Shown here: in pieces, positions 10,671 to 30,252 of the stretch | Position numbering within the stretch: the first letter of the stretch is position 1 | Layout of the letters: each line of letters starts with the position of its first letter | Origin: Eledone cirrhosa | Taxonomy: Eukaryota | Length of the DNA: 64,000 bases | Reading direction: 5' to 3' | Assembly (NCBI GenBank): GCA_964016885.1 | Contig: OZ024751.1 | Coordinates: forward strand, 16,864,001-16,928,000 | Position numbers and translations under genes: made by a program | The notes under the pieces: generated by a model | The model's database searches: none | What the model saw: the letters and a program-made list of their open reading frames with translations, nothing else | What the model was told of the DNA's origin: nothing

Positions 10671-13600
10671 TACATACATACATGATGGGTGCCCCTTCGT
10701 TATCGAGTATGGCCATTGCACGAGAAAAAAAAACAATAATAATAATAAAAATAATAATACCAACAACAATAATAACATCATCAACAACAACAATAATAAT
10801 ATACATATATATATATACACACACACGCGCACACATAAACATACCTACACACTCACACGATAGCAATTAACAGCGCTGCGATCGAATGTGGCTTTTTAGC
10901 CCAGCCAATGATCTAAAGTGTCTTGCACAGAGTTGGCAACCAAAACATTCACTGGGAATAGCCGGCTGTGGTTGGAGTTCATGTACTTTTGCATGTCGTT
11001 TGAGCCCTCCTGCTGATTTACACTCTCCACATGCTTGGCAAGCATGAGGGGTAGCATCTCCAACAGCAGCATGGTCTGACTTTATGACAGCGAAGATGAC
11101 TTTCGAGTCCAGCTTTGCTTAGGCAGAGTCTAGCACAGCGCCATAGGAGGACCTTCGCCGTCTGGAAATGCAACAGCAATGCCCTTCCTCATATCCCGCT
11201 TTACTTTCTCGTATGCGATTCGAGATGCCTCAAAGGCAACTTTCTCCTCATATCCAGTCTTTCTCCATTTATTACGATCAGCAGCAACATTTTCCCATGT
11301 ATCAGCAGAGATGTTAGCGTCTTTCAAAGAGGCTTTCAAGGAATCCTTATACCTCTTTTTTGGTTTATGTGGCGGTCATTTTCCTTCAACTAACTCTCTA
11401 TAAAAGAGTTGTTTTGGTATTCTAGAATCTTTCATCTGCCAAGGTGACCACTCCAACGAAGTCGTTGCTTAAGCACAAGAGCTTCTATACTGTCACACAG
11501 AGAGCTTTCCAAAATCTCAACATCACTGATGTGGTCCCTCCAGTGAACGCAATGGATCAGTCTGAGACACATCTGATGGAAACGCTCCAATTGCTTAAGG
11601 TGGTGTCGATATGTGACCCAGGTCTCGCAGGCATAAAGAAGAAAAGAGAGCACACATGCATTGTACACCTTTACCTTTGTCTCCTTGCATATGTCTCGCC
11701 GACCCCAGAGTCGCCTTTCTAGCTTTTCGAAAGCATCACTTGATTTCCTAATCCTCAGTGGGATTTCATTATCAAGGTTGCTGTATCGATTGACAGTGTT
11801 ACCCAGGTAGACAAACTGATCAACCACTCCAAGTCGTTTACCATACACATAGATATTTGGTTCACTGTACTGCTTACCAGGGGCAGGTTGGTACATGACG
11901 ACGGTTTTCTTGAGACTGACAGTCAATCCTAGCGCAGTGCAAGCATCAGAAAATGCATTCAAATTGTGCTGCATATCCCTCTCTGTGTGCGCTACAAGAT
12001 CGCAATCATCTGCATACAAGAGGTCTCTTATGATTGATGTAAATAATTTTGTTTTTGCAGCAAAGCGCTTGATGTTAAATATGCTGCCTGAGGTTCGATA
12101 TCGGATGTAAACACCATGCTCGCAATTCCTGAATGCAATATAGAAAACCATTGCAAAGTATATGGCAAACAGGGTCGGGGCTGGAATATCCCTTTGTTTC
12201 ACTCCATTTTTTACTGCGATAAGCTCCGACATGTTATCTCCGACATTAACCCAAGCCTTCATGTCATGGAAAGACCTAACTAAAGCAAGGAACTTATCAG
12301 GGTAACCAAGTTTCTGGAGAACCTTCCATAATGCATTTCTGATAACAGTATCGAAAGCTTTTGTCAGATCGACAAAAACGTGATACAGATCCAAACCTTG
12401 TTCGATGCACTTCTCCTGGAGCTGTCTAACTGAGATGACCATATCAGTAGTGCCGCGTCCAGCACGAAAACCAGATTGACTTTCAGGAAGAACACAATCT
12501 GCAATGTCTGCAGACGGTCCAGAAGCACCCTACATAAAACTTTCCCTACAACAGAAAGCCATGATATACCTCTGTAGTTCCCACAATCATTCCTGTTACC
12601 CTTTCCCTTGTACAATACCACCATTACTGCATCTCTTCAGTCCTCGGGTACGGATTCATTAGCCTATATCCTGCCAAAGAAAGAGTGAAGATGCTGCAGG
12701 AATCTCTCACCACCATATTGTAGGAGCTCTGCATGTATGCAATCCATACTTGGAGCTGTTCAGCTTCGAGATAGCCACTGCAACCTCCACAAGCGTTGGA
12801 GGTTCTGCGATAGCTACTTTCACAGGACAATCTGTAATGAGATTGAGGAAATCTTCATTGACGACAGACGGCTGATTCAAAAGCTCATGAAAGTGCTCTC
12901 GCCACCTTCGTAGAATTCCTTGTCAGTCACGAAGAATTTCCTTGACATCCTTGCTGCGAAGCGGTGTCACCAGAGAAGACGGTCCATAAACTTCACGCAA
13001 GAGACTGTACAACAGCTTTGTGTTATATGACTCTGACGCAGTTTGTATCTCATCAGCCTTCTCATTCCACCACTGATCCTTCATCTGAGAAAGACTCAGC
13101 CTAACACGTGATTTTACATCCTTGAGTTCCTTATGCAACATATTCTTCTCTTGTGGTTTTGCCGTCAAGTAGCGTGACAGAGCACGCCTCTTATCAGCCA
13201 ACAAGTCTTCTATATGTTCATCATTCTCATTAAACCAATCTTGATGTTTTTACTGCACCAATTCCAGAACACGCCTGCCTACATCATAAACCGACTTTTT
13301 AAGGGTCGGCCAATCCTCACCAAGATCTGCAACCTGCATCTCTTTTCGCAATGTCCTCTTCACATATTTATCTCTAATACGAGCAGCATTCAATCTTCTG
13401 GGCAGGGCAACACCAGGAACTCAGATTTTACGTTTAGTGATTAGTTTCACTTTTGCGCGTACCAGGCGGTGGTCCGTCCAGCACTCAGCTCCACGAAGAG
13501 CACGAACACACTGCACATCCCGTCTGTTACGTATCCTGACTAGGACGTAGTCCAAAAGATGTCATTCCTTAGATGCAGGATGCATCCATGTAGTCTTAAA

Positions 13601-14102
13601 TTTGTTCTTTTGTTGGAACATGGTGTTGGTAACACACAGATCCAGCTCCTCACACATCTGCAGCAGGAGCATACCATGGTTGTTAAACTTTCCCACCCCA
13701 TGCCTACCGATTACATTCCATGTGTTAAAATCCCTACCCACTCTAGCATTAAAGTCACCAAGCACGATGACTTTGTCTGCCTGAGGGATATTTCTTAATA
13801 CACCTTTCAAGGCATGGTAAAAGGACACTTTTTCTTCATCGACAGAATTCATAGTTGGAGCATACACACTCACCAGGGTCCCATATCTTCCTTTCTCCAG
13901 CGGAATTATCATGCCTTGTTTGGCTCTATTAGAGTGGCACGATGACGAGCGGGCCCAGACTGTGATAACCTGGGAACCTTGCCCTTATTACCAATTATCT
14001 CTTTTATATTATTTTGGCATATCATTGAATTGGTGGAAAAAAAGTAATAATAATAGTAACAATAATAATAAAAATAATAATAATAATACACTATTAATGA
14101 TT
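10670..14102 (-). mobile_element. Decayed RTE LINE body (APE, RT, three C2H2 fingers, 3' UTR)
   Basis: ORF pieces: SVYAPT...LGDFNARVG (13562-13912), NYRGIS (12364-12624), FVDLTKAFD...GVKQ...LYADD (11432-12442). C2H2 fingers at 10867-11140. 3' end cgtgcaatggccatactcgataacgaaggggcacc+(atgt)n at 10670-10725. Confidence 0.92.
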
Positions 14103-14113
14103 ATTAATTAATG

Positions 14114-16726
14114 ATTTCTTTATTGGCCACAAGGGCTGGCATCATGAAAAACATTAAGGACGGTACAGGACGGTACGATGTGGGTTTTGTGCGTGTAAAT
14201 ATTTTTATTATTTATATAAGAAAAGAAAAAAAAAGACATAGAAACATATATATATATATATATAAACAATAAAAATAAAAATTGAAACAGTGAAAAATTC
14301 CCCTACAGGGGGGAAACCTCCGAGGGTTACTCGTGGCGAAAACCACACAAAAGACCACGGCCACCCTGACCACCAGGGCAAGCACCCCCTCTCAATTTTT
14401 CCATTTCTCTAACTACAGAGCGGTACCATTCACTCGGAACATTCTGGCTACATTCACCCACCTTTCAACAAACTTGCTAGAAGGCAGCACTTGCCTCTCC
14501 ACCCTAATTTTCCTCTTCAAGTGAAACTTGAAAAAGTTAATTAGGGATTCGCTGAAGAGGAAAGTGTCTGTCTTTAACCCTTTCAACCTTGTCCACCACA
14601 TAATCTCTTTCGCCATGGCCACCAGGCAGATGAAAACCGCCTGCCCTTCCTCCTCGAAGGAAGACGGCGAGACCATCTGCACAATGGACTCAGTTGATAA
14701 CCGGATCAGTCCTACACGCGACAGCAACTGTTCGACATAGCTCCACAAGTCAGCAATGCTCGGGCACTGAACGAGTGCGTGCACGACAGTTTCGTCGCTC
14801 TGCGCGCATCTCGGACAGGCTCGGCTGACGGCACTTCCGTGCCTGTAGAGCTTATCTCGAACCGGCAGCGCTCCCCGGAAGCACTGCTAGACCAGGGATT
14901 TTGGGAAGTTATCTTCTCCGGAAGAGAGCAAACAGCTGATCTTCTTCGACGCCCACGATCTCTCCGAGAACGTCGTCGCTCTTCCCTTCCACTAGTCCTC
15001 TATAGAACGCCGAGGTAGATGTTCCACCGATACTGGTGCCTAGCTGGCAGAGGGCAGTGAGCGCCTGGAGATATTCCAGTTTCCAAGCGCTATCCCTCGG
15101 TCTTTTTCTGATCCAAAACTGCAGCTCCGTTAAGGAGACGAGCTGTGGGAAAACGTGCCTGGCGAACGGCGACCACACCTGTTCACCGTCAAGGAAGCAC
15201 CAGAGATGTCGCAGCCTCAGCGCATGTTTGCGCATCATCAGCCATGGCATGCCCAGGCCTCCACGCAACGGGTGTTGACAGCAGACTGATCGTCTGACCT
15301 TAGGAGCGCGTCACTTCCACAAAAAGCGGAAGAGGAGGCGCTCCATTTTGGTGAGAGTTGGGCCGGGGCAAGGGTGAGGCGGTAGCAGGTGACGGATGCG
15401 ATATACGCATTCGCCACCTCCGCCCGACCTTTCAGGGACAGCTTCCTCTAGGCCTATTTCTCGGTGAGGGAGGCCACCTTGCTTGTCACCTCGTTCCAGT
15501 TTTTCTCCATCGGGAGGTCCGAACCAGACCCCGAGCTATTTAACCGGTCCGTCCGTCCAACACCCCACGACGCTGTCGGGCGCATGGACTTGCTTCACCA
15601 GGTGCCGAGCTTTAAGCCCACCGACTTTTCCTGGTTTATCTTTGCTCCTGTCACCGCTTCGTATTCCTTGAGAGCGGTGCCGAGCATCTGGACGTGTCTG
15701 GTGCTCGACACCCCCTAGGTGATGTCGTCGGCGTAAACCGACTCGGATTTCCCGCATCATAGTTCGTGTGGGACGCCCCTCAACGCCCCATGTTTGTGCA
15801 GTAATGGCTCGAGAGCCAATACGTACAAGAGGGACGAGAGAGGACAAGCCTGGTGGACTGAGGGCATGATGCTGAACGGCTGCCACAGGTGACTGTTCAC
15901 CCTCACAACTGAGCAGATATCGCTGTACATAGTAACGATCCAACCCCTGAAAACGGGCCCGAAACCGGCTGCCTCGAGGACCGTCGCCAGGTACCGATAG
16001 TCGACCCTATCGAATGCTTTGGATTGATCCAAGTTGATCAGGGCCCCACCCGTGCCAGGTTCCCACCCGTGCCAGGTTCCTTAACCCCCCTCTCTATGAT
16101 GTATCGCATGATGTGGAGGTTGTCGTGTATGGATCTGTCCGGAATGGCGTATGTCTGCGCCTCTCCCACCAGACCCTTGACGACAAGCGCCAACCTCGTT
16201 GCTAACTGAAATTATCGATAACATCCCCCTTGTTCGGGTCTTTTCTCAGCAGCGCCACCGCTCCACGCCTCACAAAACTGGAAATGCTCCCGTTATGCTG
16301 CCAGTTGCAGTAGACGTCTGCCAAGAGGTCACCGAACAAGTCTGGCATAAATGCATAAAGCTTGTAGAGCAGACCATCCAAACCTGGCGATTTATCCCTC
16401 GTGCAGTTAGGCATCGCTTCCCGTATTTCACCGGCTGTTATTGGCTTTTCGCAACACTGTGCTGCGGTCGTCGAGAGCCGAGGCAGTCCGTCGAAGTATG
16501 CACTGAAGTCCATGCCCCGATCCGTCGCTGCTCCCGAACAGTACTGCAGAAAAGCATCACACATCTGCTCGGGTTCGAGCAACACGCACCCGTTTTGGTC
16601 AGACAAAGACCGAATTGTTTCCACGTCGCGCCTCTGCCACCCGGGCCCATTGGACGGCTTTTATCCCCTCGTGTTTCAGACCACGCGCTCTAGCTCTGAC
16701 AACGCAGCCTTCTTGTTTTGCGTTGA
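14114..16726 (-). mobile_element. 5'-truncated L1/Tx1-clade LINE with 11-bp TSD
   Basis: [26 protein letters not shown] and HALVQCP...LW (zf-RVT) motifs. 3' end gcccttgtggccaataaagaaatcatt. ATTAATTAATG flanks it at 14103-14113 and 16727-16737 (repeated at 17441-17451). Confidence 0.9.
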
Positions 16727-17589
16727 ATTAATTAATGCAATCGTGCAATGCCTGTGCATGAAGATATGTTTTAAAGTGAGGAAAGACTCTGCACTGAGCC
16801 AATCCCACTCTCTGAGCGACAGTAGCTATAACCCGAAAAGAAGAAAAGATCAATATCATCGGTAACTACTGAGCCTCTCCCACCAGACCCTTGGCGACAA
16901 GCGCCAACCTCGTTGCTAACTGAAATTATCGATAACATCCCCCTTGTTCGGGTCTTTTCTCAGCAGCGCCACCGCTCCACGCCTCACAAAACTGGAAATG
17001 CTCCCGTTATGCTGCCAGTTGCAGTAGACGTCTGCCAAGAGGTCACCGAACAAGTCTGGCATAAATGCATAAAGCTTGTAGAGCAGACCATCCAAACCTG
17101 GCGATTTATCCCTCGTGCAGTTAGGCATCGCTTCCCGTATTTCACCGGCTGTTATTGGCTTTTCGCAACACTGTGCTGCGGTCGTCGAGAGCCGAGGCAG
17201 TCCGTCGAAGTATGCACTGAAGTCCATGCCCCGATCCGTCGCTGCTCCCGAACAGTACTGCAGAAAAGCATCACACATCTGCTCGGGTTCGAGCAACACG
17301 CACCCGTTTTGGTCAGACAAAGACCGAATTGTTTCCACGTCGCGCCTCTGCCACCCGGGCCCATTGGACGGCTTTTATCCCCTCGTGTTTCAGACCACGC
17401 GCTCTAGCTCTGACAACGCAGCCTTCTTGTTTTGCGTTGAATTAATTAATGCAATCGTGCAATGCCTGTGCATGAAGATATGTTTTAAAGTGAGGAAAGA
17501 CTCTGCACTGAGCCAATCCCACTCTCTGAGCGACAGTAGCTATAACCCGAAAAGAAGAAAAGATCAATATCATCGGTAACTACTGAGCC
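16159..17589. repeat. 714-bp near-identical tandem duplication
   Basis: Identical ORFs offset by 714 (16199/16913, 16401/17115). Junction microhomology ctg(c/a)gcc. One visible difference (16180 a vs 16894 g). Confidence 0.95.
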
Positions 17590-17733
17590 GCAGGTTTTAT
17601 GTCGGAGTTAACCCAGTTTCCTGAGATGCCTACTGCTAGATGAATGCCCTGACAAGGGCTAGGGGTTCTTCACTCCCATTGGGTTAACTGCGCGATCGGG
17701 TATCCAGCCCGACTATTTCTATGTCCCCGCGCA
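17441..17733 (-). mobile_element. RTE 5' UTR (probably of the 10670-14102 element)
   Basis: Homologous to 10140-10410; its continuation resumes after the Tx1 TSD at 14103. Confidence 0.75.
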
Positions 17734-17989
17734 TAAAAAAAAAAACTCACTTGTTGACACTCATACGTACGCGCGCGCACACACAGACACACATACATAC
17801 GCGCGCATACACCAACACTTATGCATACAAACAAACACACACACGTGCTACTCACATACACACATACGTATATATATATATATTACCGTCATTACTGATA
17901 CAAGATTACAAGAATGTGTCAACTTTCGAAAGAGTTCGTATAGTTGAAGCCGTTCGTGTTACCGTTCAGTATTATTATAATTGCTTTAC

Positions 17990-18105
17990 AGCATAGAGCT
18001 ATAGCCCTCCACGCTCTGAGCTCAAATCACGCCGAGGTCAACCTTGCTTTTTATCCTCACGGAGTCAACAAAAGAGAGTACCAGTAATGCGCTGGAACAA
18101 TCGCT
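17990..18105 (+). mobile_element. Partial tRNA-SINE
   Basis: ctctgagctcaaatcacgccgaggtcaaccttgc...gagtaccagtaatgc. Confidence 0.7.
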
Positions 18106-18589
18106 GACATATATGTATGTACGTATACATACTTATATTTAAGTAACAGACGTACTAAGAGTGAGAAATGAAATTTCGTTTCATTTTTTCCATTTATCGT
18201 TTTCGGTGCGCCCGGCCGACTAACTCACTCGATATGCAAATTAGGCTGCTCAGCCGTTGATATGCATAAGGAAGGTATGTGCTTTCGGACGTTCAATCAT
18301 CTGGCAGGAAGGTGTGCGATGCTGACAATAGCTAATAAGCTTGAAACTGGTACGTCGTTCCTTTGTCAGTGTTGAACAAAAGAGCAATGATGGTTGCTAA
18401 ACACTGTACGGCTTAATTCGGGCTGTTTGTTTACAAACAAATCGAGTATTATAATAAATATTCGGTAAACCCATACGTACATATATATGTGTGTATGTAT
18501 GTATATATATATATATACATACTACTGTACGTCTGTATACATATATGTATGTACGTATACATACTTATTATATTATATTATATTATATT

Positions 18590-19142
18590 AAGGGCGGTGG
18601 ATTGGCAGTATCGGTAGAGGGTCGGACGCCATGCTTTCCAGCATAGTTACGTCCCTTAACGATCTGAGTTCAAATCCCGCTGAGGTTGACTTTGCCTTTC
18701 ATCCTTACGGGGTCGATAAAATAAAGTACCAGTAATGCACTGGGTAATTGCTGGCCTTGTGCCAAAAAGTAGAAACAATTATATTAAGGGCGGTGGATTG
18801 GCAGTATCGGTAGAGGGTCGGACGCCATGCTTTCCAGCATAGTTACGTCCCTTTACGATCTGAGTTCAAATCCCGCCGAGGTTGACTTTGCCTTTCATCC
18901 TTACGGGGTCGATAAAATAAAGTACCAGTAATGCACTGAGTAATTGCTGGCCTTGTGCCTAAAGTAGAAACAATTATATTATATTATATATTATATTATA
19001 TTATATATTATATTATATTATATATTATGTTCAAATCCCGCCGAAGTTAACTTTGCCTTTCATCCTTCCGGGGTCGATAGAATAAAGTACCAGTAATGCA
19101 TTGGGTAATTGCTGGCCTTGTGCCAAAAGTAGAAACAATTAT
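18590..19142 (+). mobile_element. Tandem young tRNA-SINE copies (two full, one 5'-truncated) in (TATAT)n
   Basis: Near-identical copies at 18590-18783, 18786-18978 and 19029-19142. Confidence 0.93.
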
Positions 19143-19174
19143 ATTATATATTATATTATATTATATTATATTAT

Positions 19175-19268
19175 ATTTACCCTCTCATATTTACCCTCTC
19201 ATGTTTACCCTCTCATGTTTACCCTCTCATGTTTACCCTCTCATATTTACCCTCTCATATTTACCCTC
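19175..19268. repeat. 14-bp minisatellite (RTTTACCCTCTCAT) x about 6.7
   Basis: Directly visible. Confidence 0.9.
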
Positions 19269-19799
19269 AAATGTAGGCATATAAAGACCCGTGTGTATGT
19301 GTTAGGCCTTAGTTGAATCCAGCGACGAATGTTCCAGTTGTTGAAATATTGAAACATCCTGCGCATACACTGATCGTGCAAATGGTTTCGCATTTCACAG
19401 ACACGTGCACACAACGTAGTTCTCACGGTGATTCAAGTGTGTTGCAGTGTGTGGCGAGGCTGTCTCTGAACTGCACGTGGAGTGGTGGGGGTGTGAAATA
19501 GACTGGGGTAACAAAAACACAACACCTCATAGCACCACCCCGTCTGCGAATAGAACTGATGATTCTGACCCTAACAACCTACACATTAAGCTAAACACCT
19601 TTGATACTAATTGTACGTAAATCCCCCCCCCCCCCAATATCTGTAAGATTACCACCATGAATGGCAAGATCGTGATGCCCTTTGTCCATTTGCAACAACC
19701 TCAGTCCAACCATACGGGTTCGAATTTTAAACATTTAATTTCAAAAAACAAACTAGAACAAATACAAGACATTGTTCTAGGCGGCATTCTACCGAATTC

Positions 19800-19965
19800 A
19801 ATGGTTTAACGCCTTTAATTTACCATCCTCCGGGAAAACGCCTTCTCCATGCTGTGGGGCGGCCAGCACGTGGTATTCCGTTTGCTCACTATACAGAGAG
19901 ATGGGGAGGGCGAGAGAGATGGAGGCGATGACAGTGAAAGTTCGGGTCTTCCGTGTTCGGACACA
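19800..19965 (+). mobile_element. CRE-clade retrotransposon 3' fragment
   Basis: Homologous to 40800-40980 (ttaccatcctccgggaaaacgccttctcc...ggaggcgatgacagtg). Confidence 0.65.
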
Positions 19966-20519
19966 TTGTACCTGTCAAGAGTGTATTTTATATTTCATTA
20001 GATGACTTCACTCTTGATTTATTATCTATCGACACCCAAAGGATAAAAAGACAGTTGATTCTAGTGAATTTAGACCGCCAAAGACGGGTAGCTTATCCCT
20101 GTTCAATACATGCCTAGAGAGTGGTGGTGGACCTGGTCGGCTCTACGCACGTCGATGCTCTGAGATCGCTGGCTTAGGATGACTCCGGTCTTGTTGAGCT
20201 AAAGCAAGAAGAGAAGAACATATATTTTATATATTATCTCCTTACTCACGTTCTCTCAATAGGATACTGTGGTATTCTGTTATTCTCTATATCATCTTCT
20301 ATAACTTTATTATTTAAAGCTAAAAAAATGTCAATTTCATATACGTACATTCCATTTCGTCGAGCCATAATAGAAAATGATACTAATTTTATATAAACTG
20401 CCAAAAATATTTGTAAGATTTTCGCAGACATGTAATTTTATTAAAATAAAGATGTTTCCTTTATAAATGGTATTAGCACTGATGTTTTCATTAGATTTAC
20501 CAATACATACAATTCTATG

Positions 20520-20900
20520 ATCACCCACACTTATATCATTCTATTTTTTCTTGCTTTCGACAACATTATCATCCTAATCGTTAACTTTTTCTTGTTTTCT
20601 TGTTCTTTTTTTCTTCTTCTCTCTATTCTTCTATTTCGTTTCTTTTTCCTTTTTCTTTTTTATTTTTCCTTTTCTACCTTTTCTGTTTTTTTTCTTTTTC
20701 CTTTTCTACCTTTTCTTGATTTTTCTTTTTCATTTTTTTTTCTTTATATTTTCCTTTTCTTCATTTGCTTTTGTTTTTTCTGCATTAAATGAAGTCATTT
20801 TACATTTCATTTGTGTTCTCTTATTACTTCGATATCTTCCTCTCTTTCCTTCTGTCTCTCTACCTCCTTCAATTTCCCCTGTCCTCCTCTCTCTCTATAT
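20520..20900. repeat. T/C-rich low-complexity tract
   Basis: Directly visible. Confidence 0.8.
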
Positions 20901-21084
20901 ATATGTATGTATGTATATGTATATGGTTGACTCTCCTTAACCGCCTATCTCTCTCTCTCATATATACATATATATTTACACACACACTATATATATATAT
21001 AAAACGAAGTGTGGTAAGGAACCAGATGGACCATAACGGACCAGAGTACTCAATACTTAGGGTAGTAGAATGGGTAATAGGAAA

Positions 21085-21185
21085 ATGTTTAACCCCGACG
21101 GCAGAGCTCAAGCCGTTTCGACGGCTATTTCTGGACCAGAAATAGCCATCGAAACGGCCTGATCTCTGCCGTCGGGGTTAAACAT
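21085..21185. repeat. 101-bp palindrome (50-bp arms, 1-nt centre, 3 mismatches)
   Basis: atgtttaaccccgacggcagag...ggctatttctgg-a-ccagaaatagcc...ctctgccgtcggggttaaacat. Confidence 0.95.
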
Positions 21186-21261
21186 GTTCCCATATATATA
21201 TATATATATATATATCTGTGGAATTTTTTCCCTCTCCTCTGCCTCGATATTTTTCTCTACA

Positions 21262-21602
21262 TTCTATCTCTCTAGATCTATCTCTCTTTCTCTCCCTATC
21301 TCTCTTTCTCTCCCTCTCTCTCTCACCCTTATCCCTCCTCTCTCCTCCTTATCCCTCCTCTCTCTCTCCTCCTTATCCCTCCCCTCTCTCCCCCTTCTCT
21401 CTATCCTCTCCCCCTTCTCCCCCTCTCTCCTTCCCCCCTCTCTCCTTCTCTCCCCCTCTCTCCATCTCCCCCTTTCTCACCCCCTCTCCCCTTCTCACCC
21501 CCTCTCCCCTTCTCACCCCCTCTCCCCTTCTCACCCCTCTCTCCTTCCCCCCATCCCCTCTCCCCTACCCCCTCTCTCTCACCCCTTCTCTCTCTCTCTC
21601 TG
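21262..21602. repeat. Polypyrimidine (CT/CCCT) tract
   Basis: Directly visible. Confidence 0.9.
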
Positions 21603-22192
21603 TCAATAGAAATCTTCTGATCTTCCTAATATCTGTACAATTAATCACTTTAACTACTATATTTACTATTTGTTTGCCATTTCTGTTTACCCCGAAATTC
21701 GTTTTACTTTTGCCGCTAGCGACACCCACGCCTCTCCAATATCAAGATTTCGAACAAAGATAATTAGTTCACCTACTCAATACATACAACCCATGGTCAC
21801 TAAAAATAAACTTCACTATATTATATTCATTGCAGATTAATCGAAACACTGCAAACAGACGCCGCATTCGATATCTTTTTGACAGCTAAATATGGGTGGA
21901 TTTACTTAGCAACAAAAAGACCTAGACACACATACCCCCATCCTCCATATATCATGATGTATCACGTTAATTGCTCGCTCCGCCTATAGTGAGGTTCTCA
22001 CTTGCTTCAAACGCTTCTGGAAAACAATCCTTTTCTCTTAGGTGTTCCTTGACAAGCTAATTGAACTCACAATGATGGTGCATTTCTATAATTCACAAAT
22101 CTTGCATATGGATCAGCGAAACTGCGCAGTCGAGATATTGCAGAGAAAATAGGTATATTTTTGTCTATTATTTCCTCATATTTTGTAATTTG

Positions 22193-22230
<38 letters not shown>

Positions 22231-22235
<5 letters not shown>

Positions 22236-22440
22236 ATTAAATAAATGGAAACTATATTTATAAAACCATATTTATTTCATTATATATATGTCAGGGATAT
22301 CATATTAACAATATGTTATGCCTTCATCAGACAAAATACAATATAAACAGTCTTATAAATAAATAGATATGATATCCCTGAAATATATATAAGAAATAAA
22401 TATGGTTTTATAAATATAGTTTCCATTTATTTAATATCAT
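22231..22440. repeat. Inverted repeat with about 75-bp arms and about 60-bp loop (Penelope-like)
   Basis: 22231-22305 is the reverse complement of 22367-22440. The loop holds CTGATGA on the minus strand (22324-22330). Confidence 0.85.
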
Positions 22441-22684
22441 AAATATACTCCAAATACTTGTTGAGTGCTTTTATATCAGTTATAAATATTTACTCGTTGT
22501 TAACCCCAAAATTTAAATATAACTTTCCATATATATATATATATATATTTCGTTTCTGAATTTGTTTCTGGTGCGTGTGTTTCTTATTGGCAACATGACC
22601 CTCCCAAAGTATAACAATATATATATATATATATAGTAAAATAGTCAGAACTCCGACAGCTAATGGTCGAAATGGACGTAGCTA

Positions 22685-30252
<7,568 letters not shown>

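Noticed and set aside
18590-18690. tRNA gene
   Set aside because: The A/B boxes belong to the SINE head; no cloverleaf, and it continues into the SINE body.
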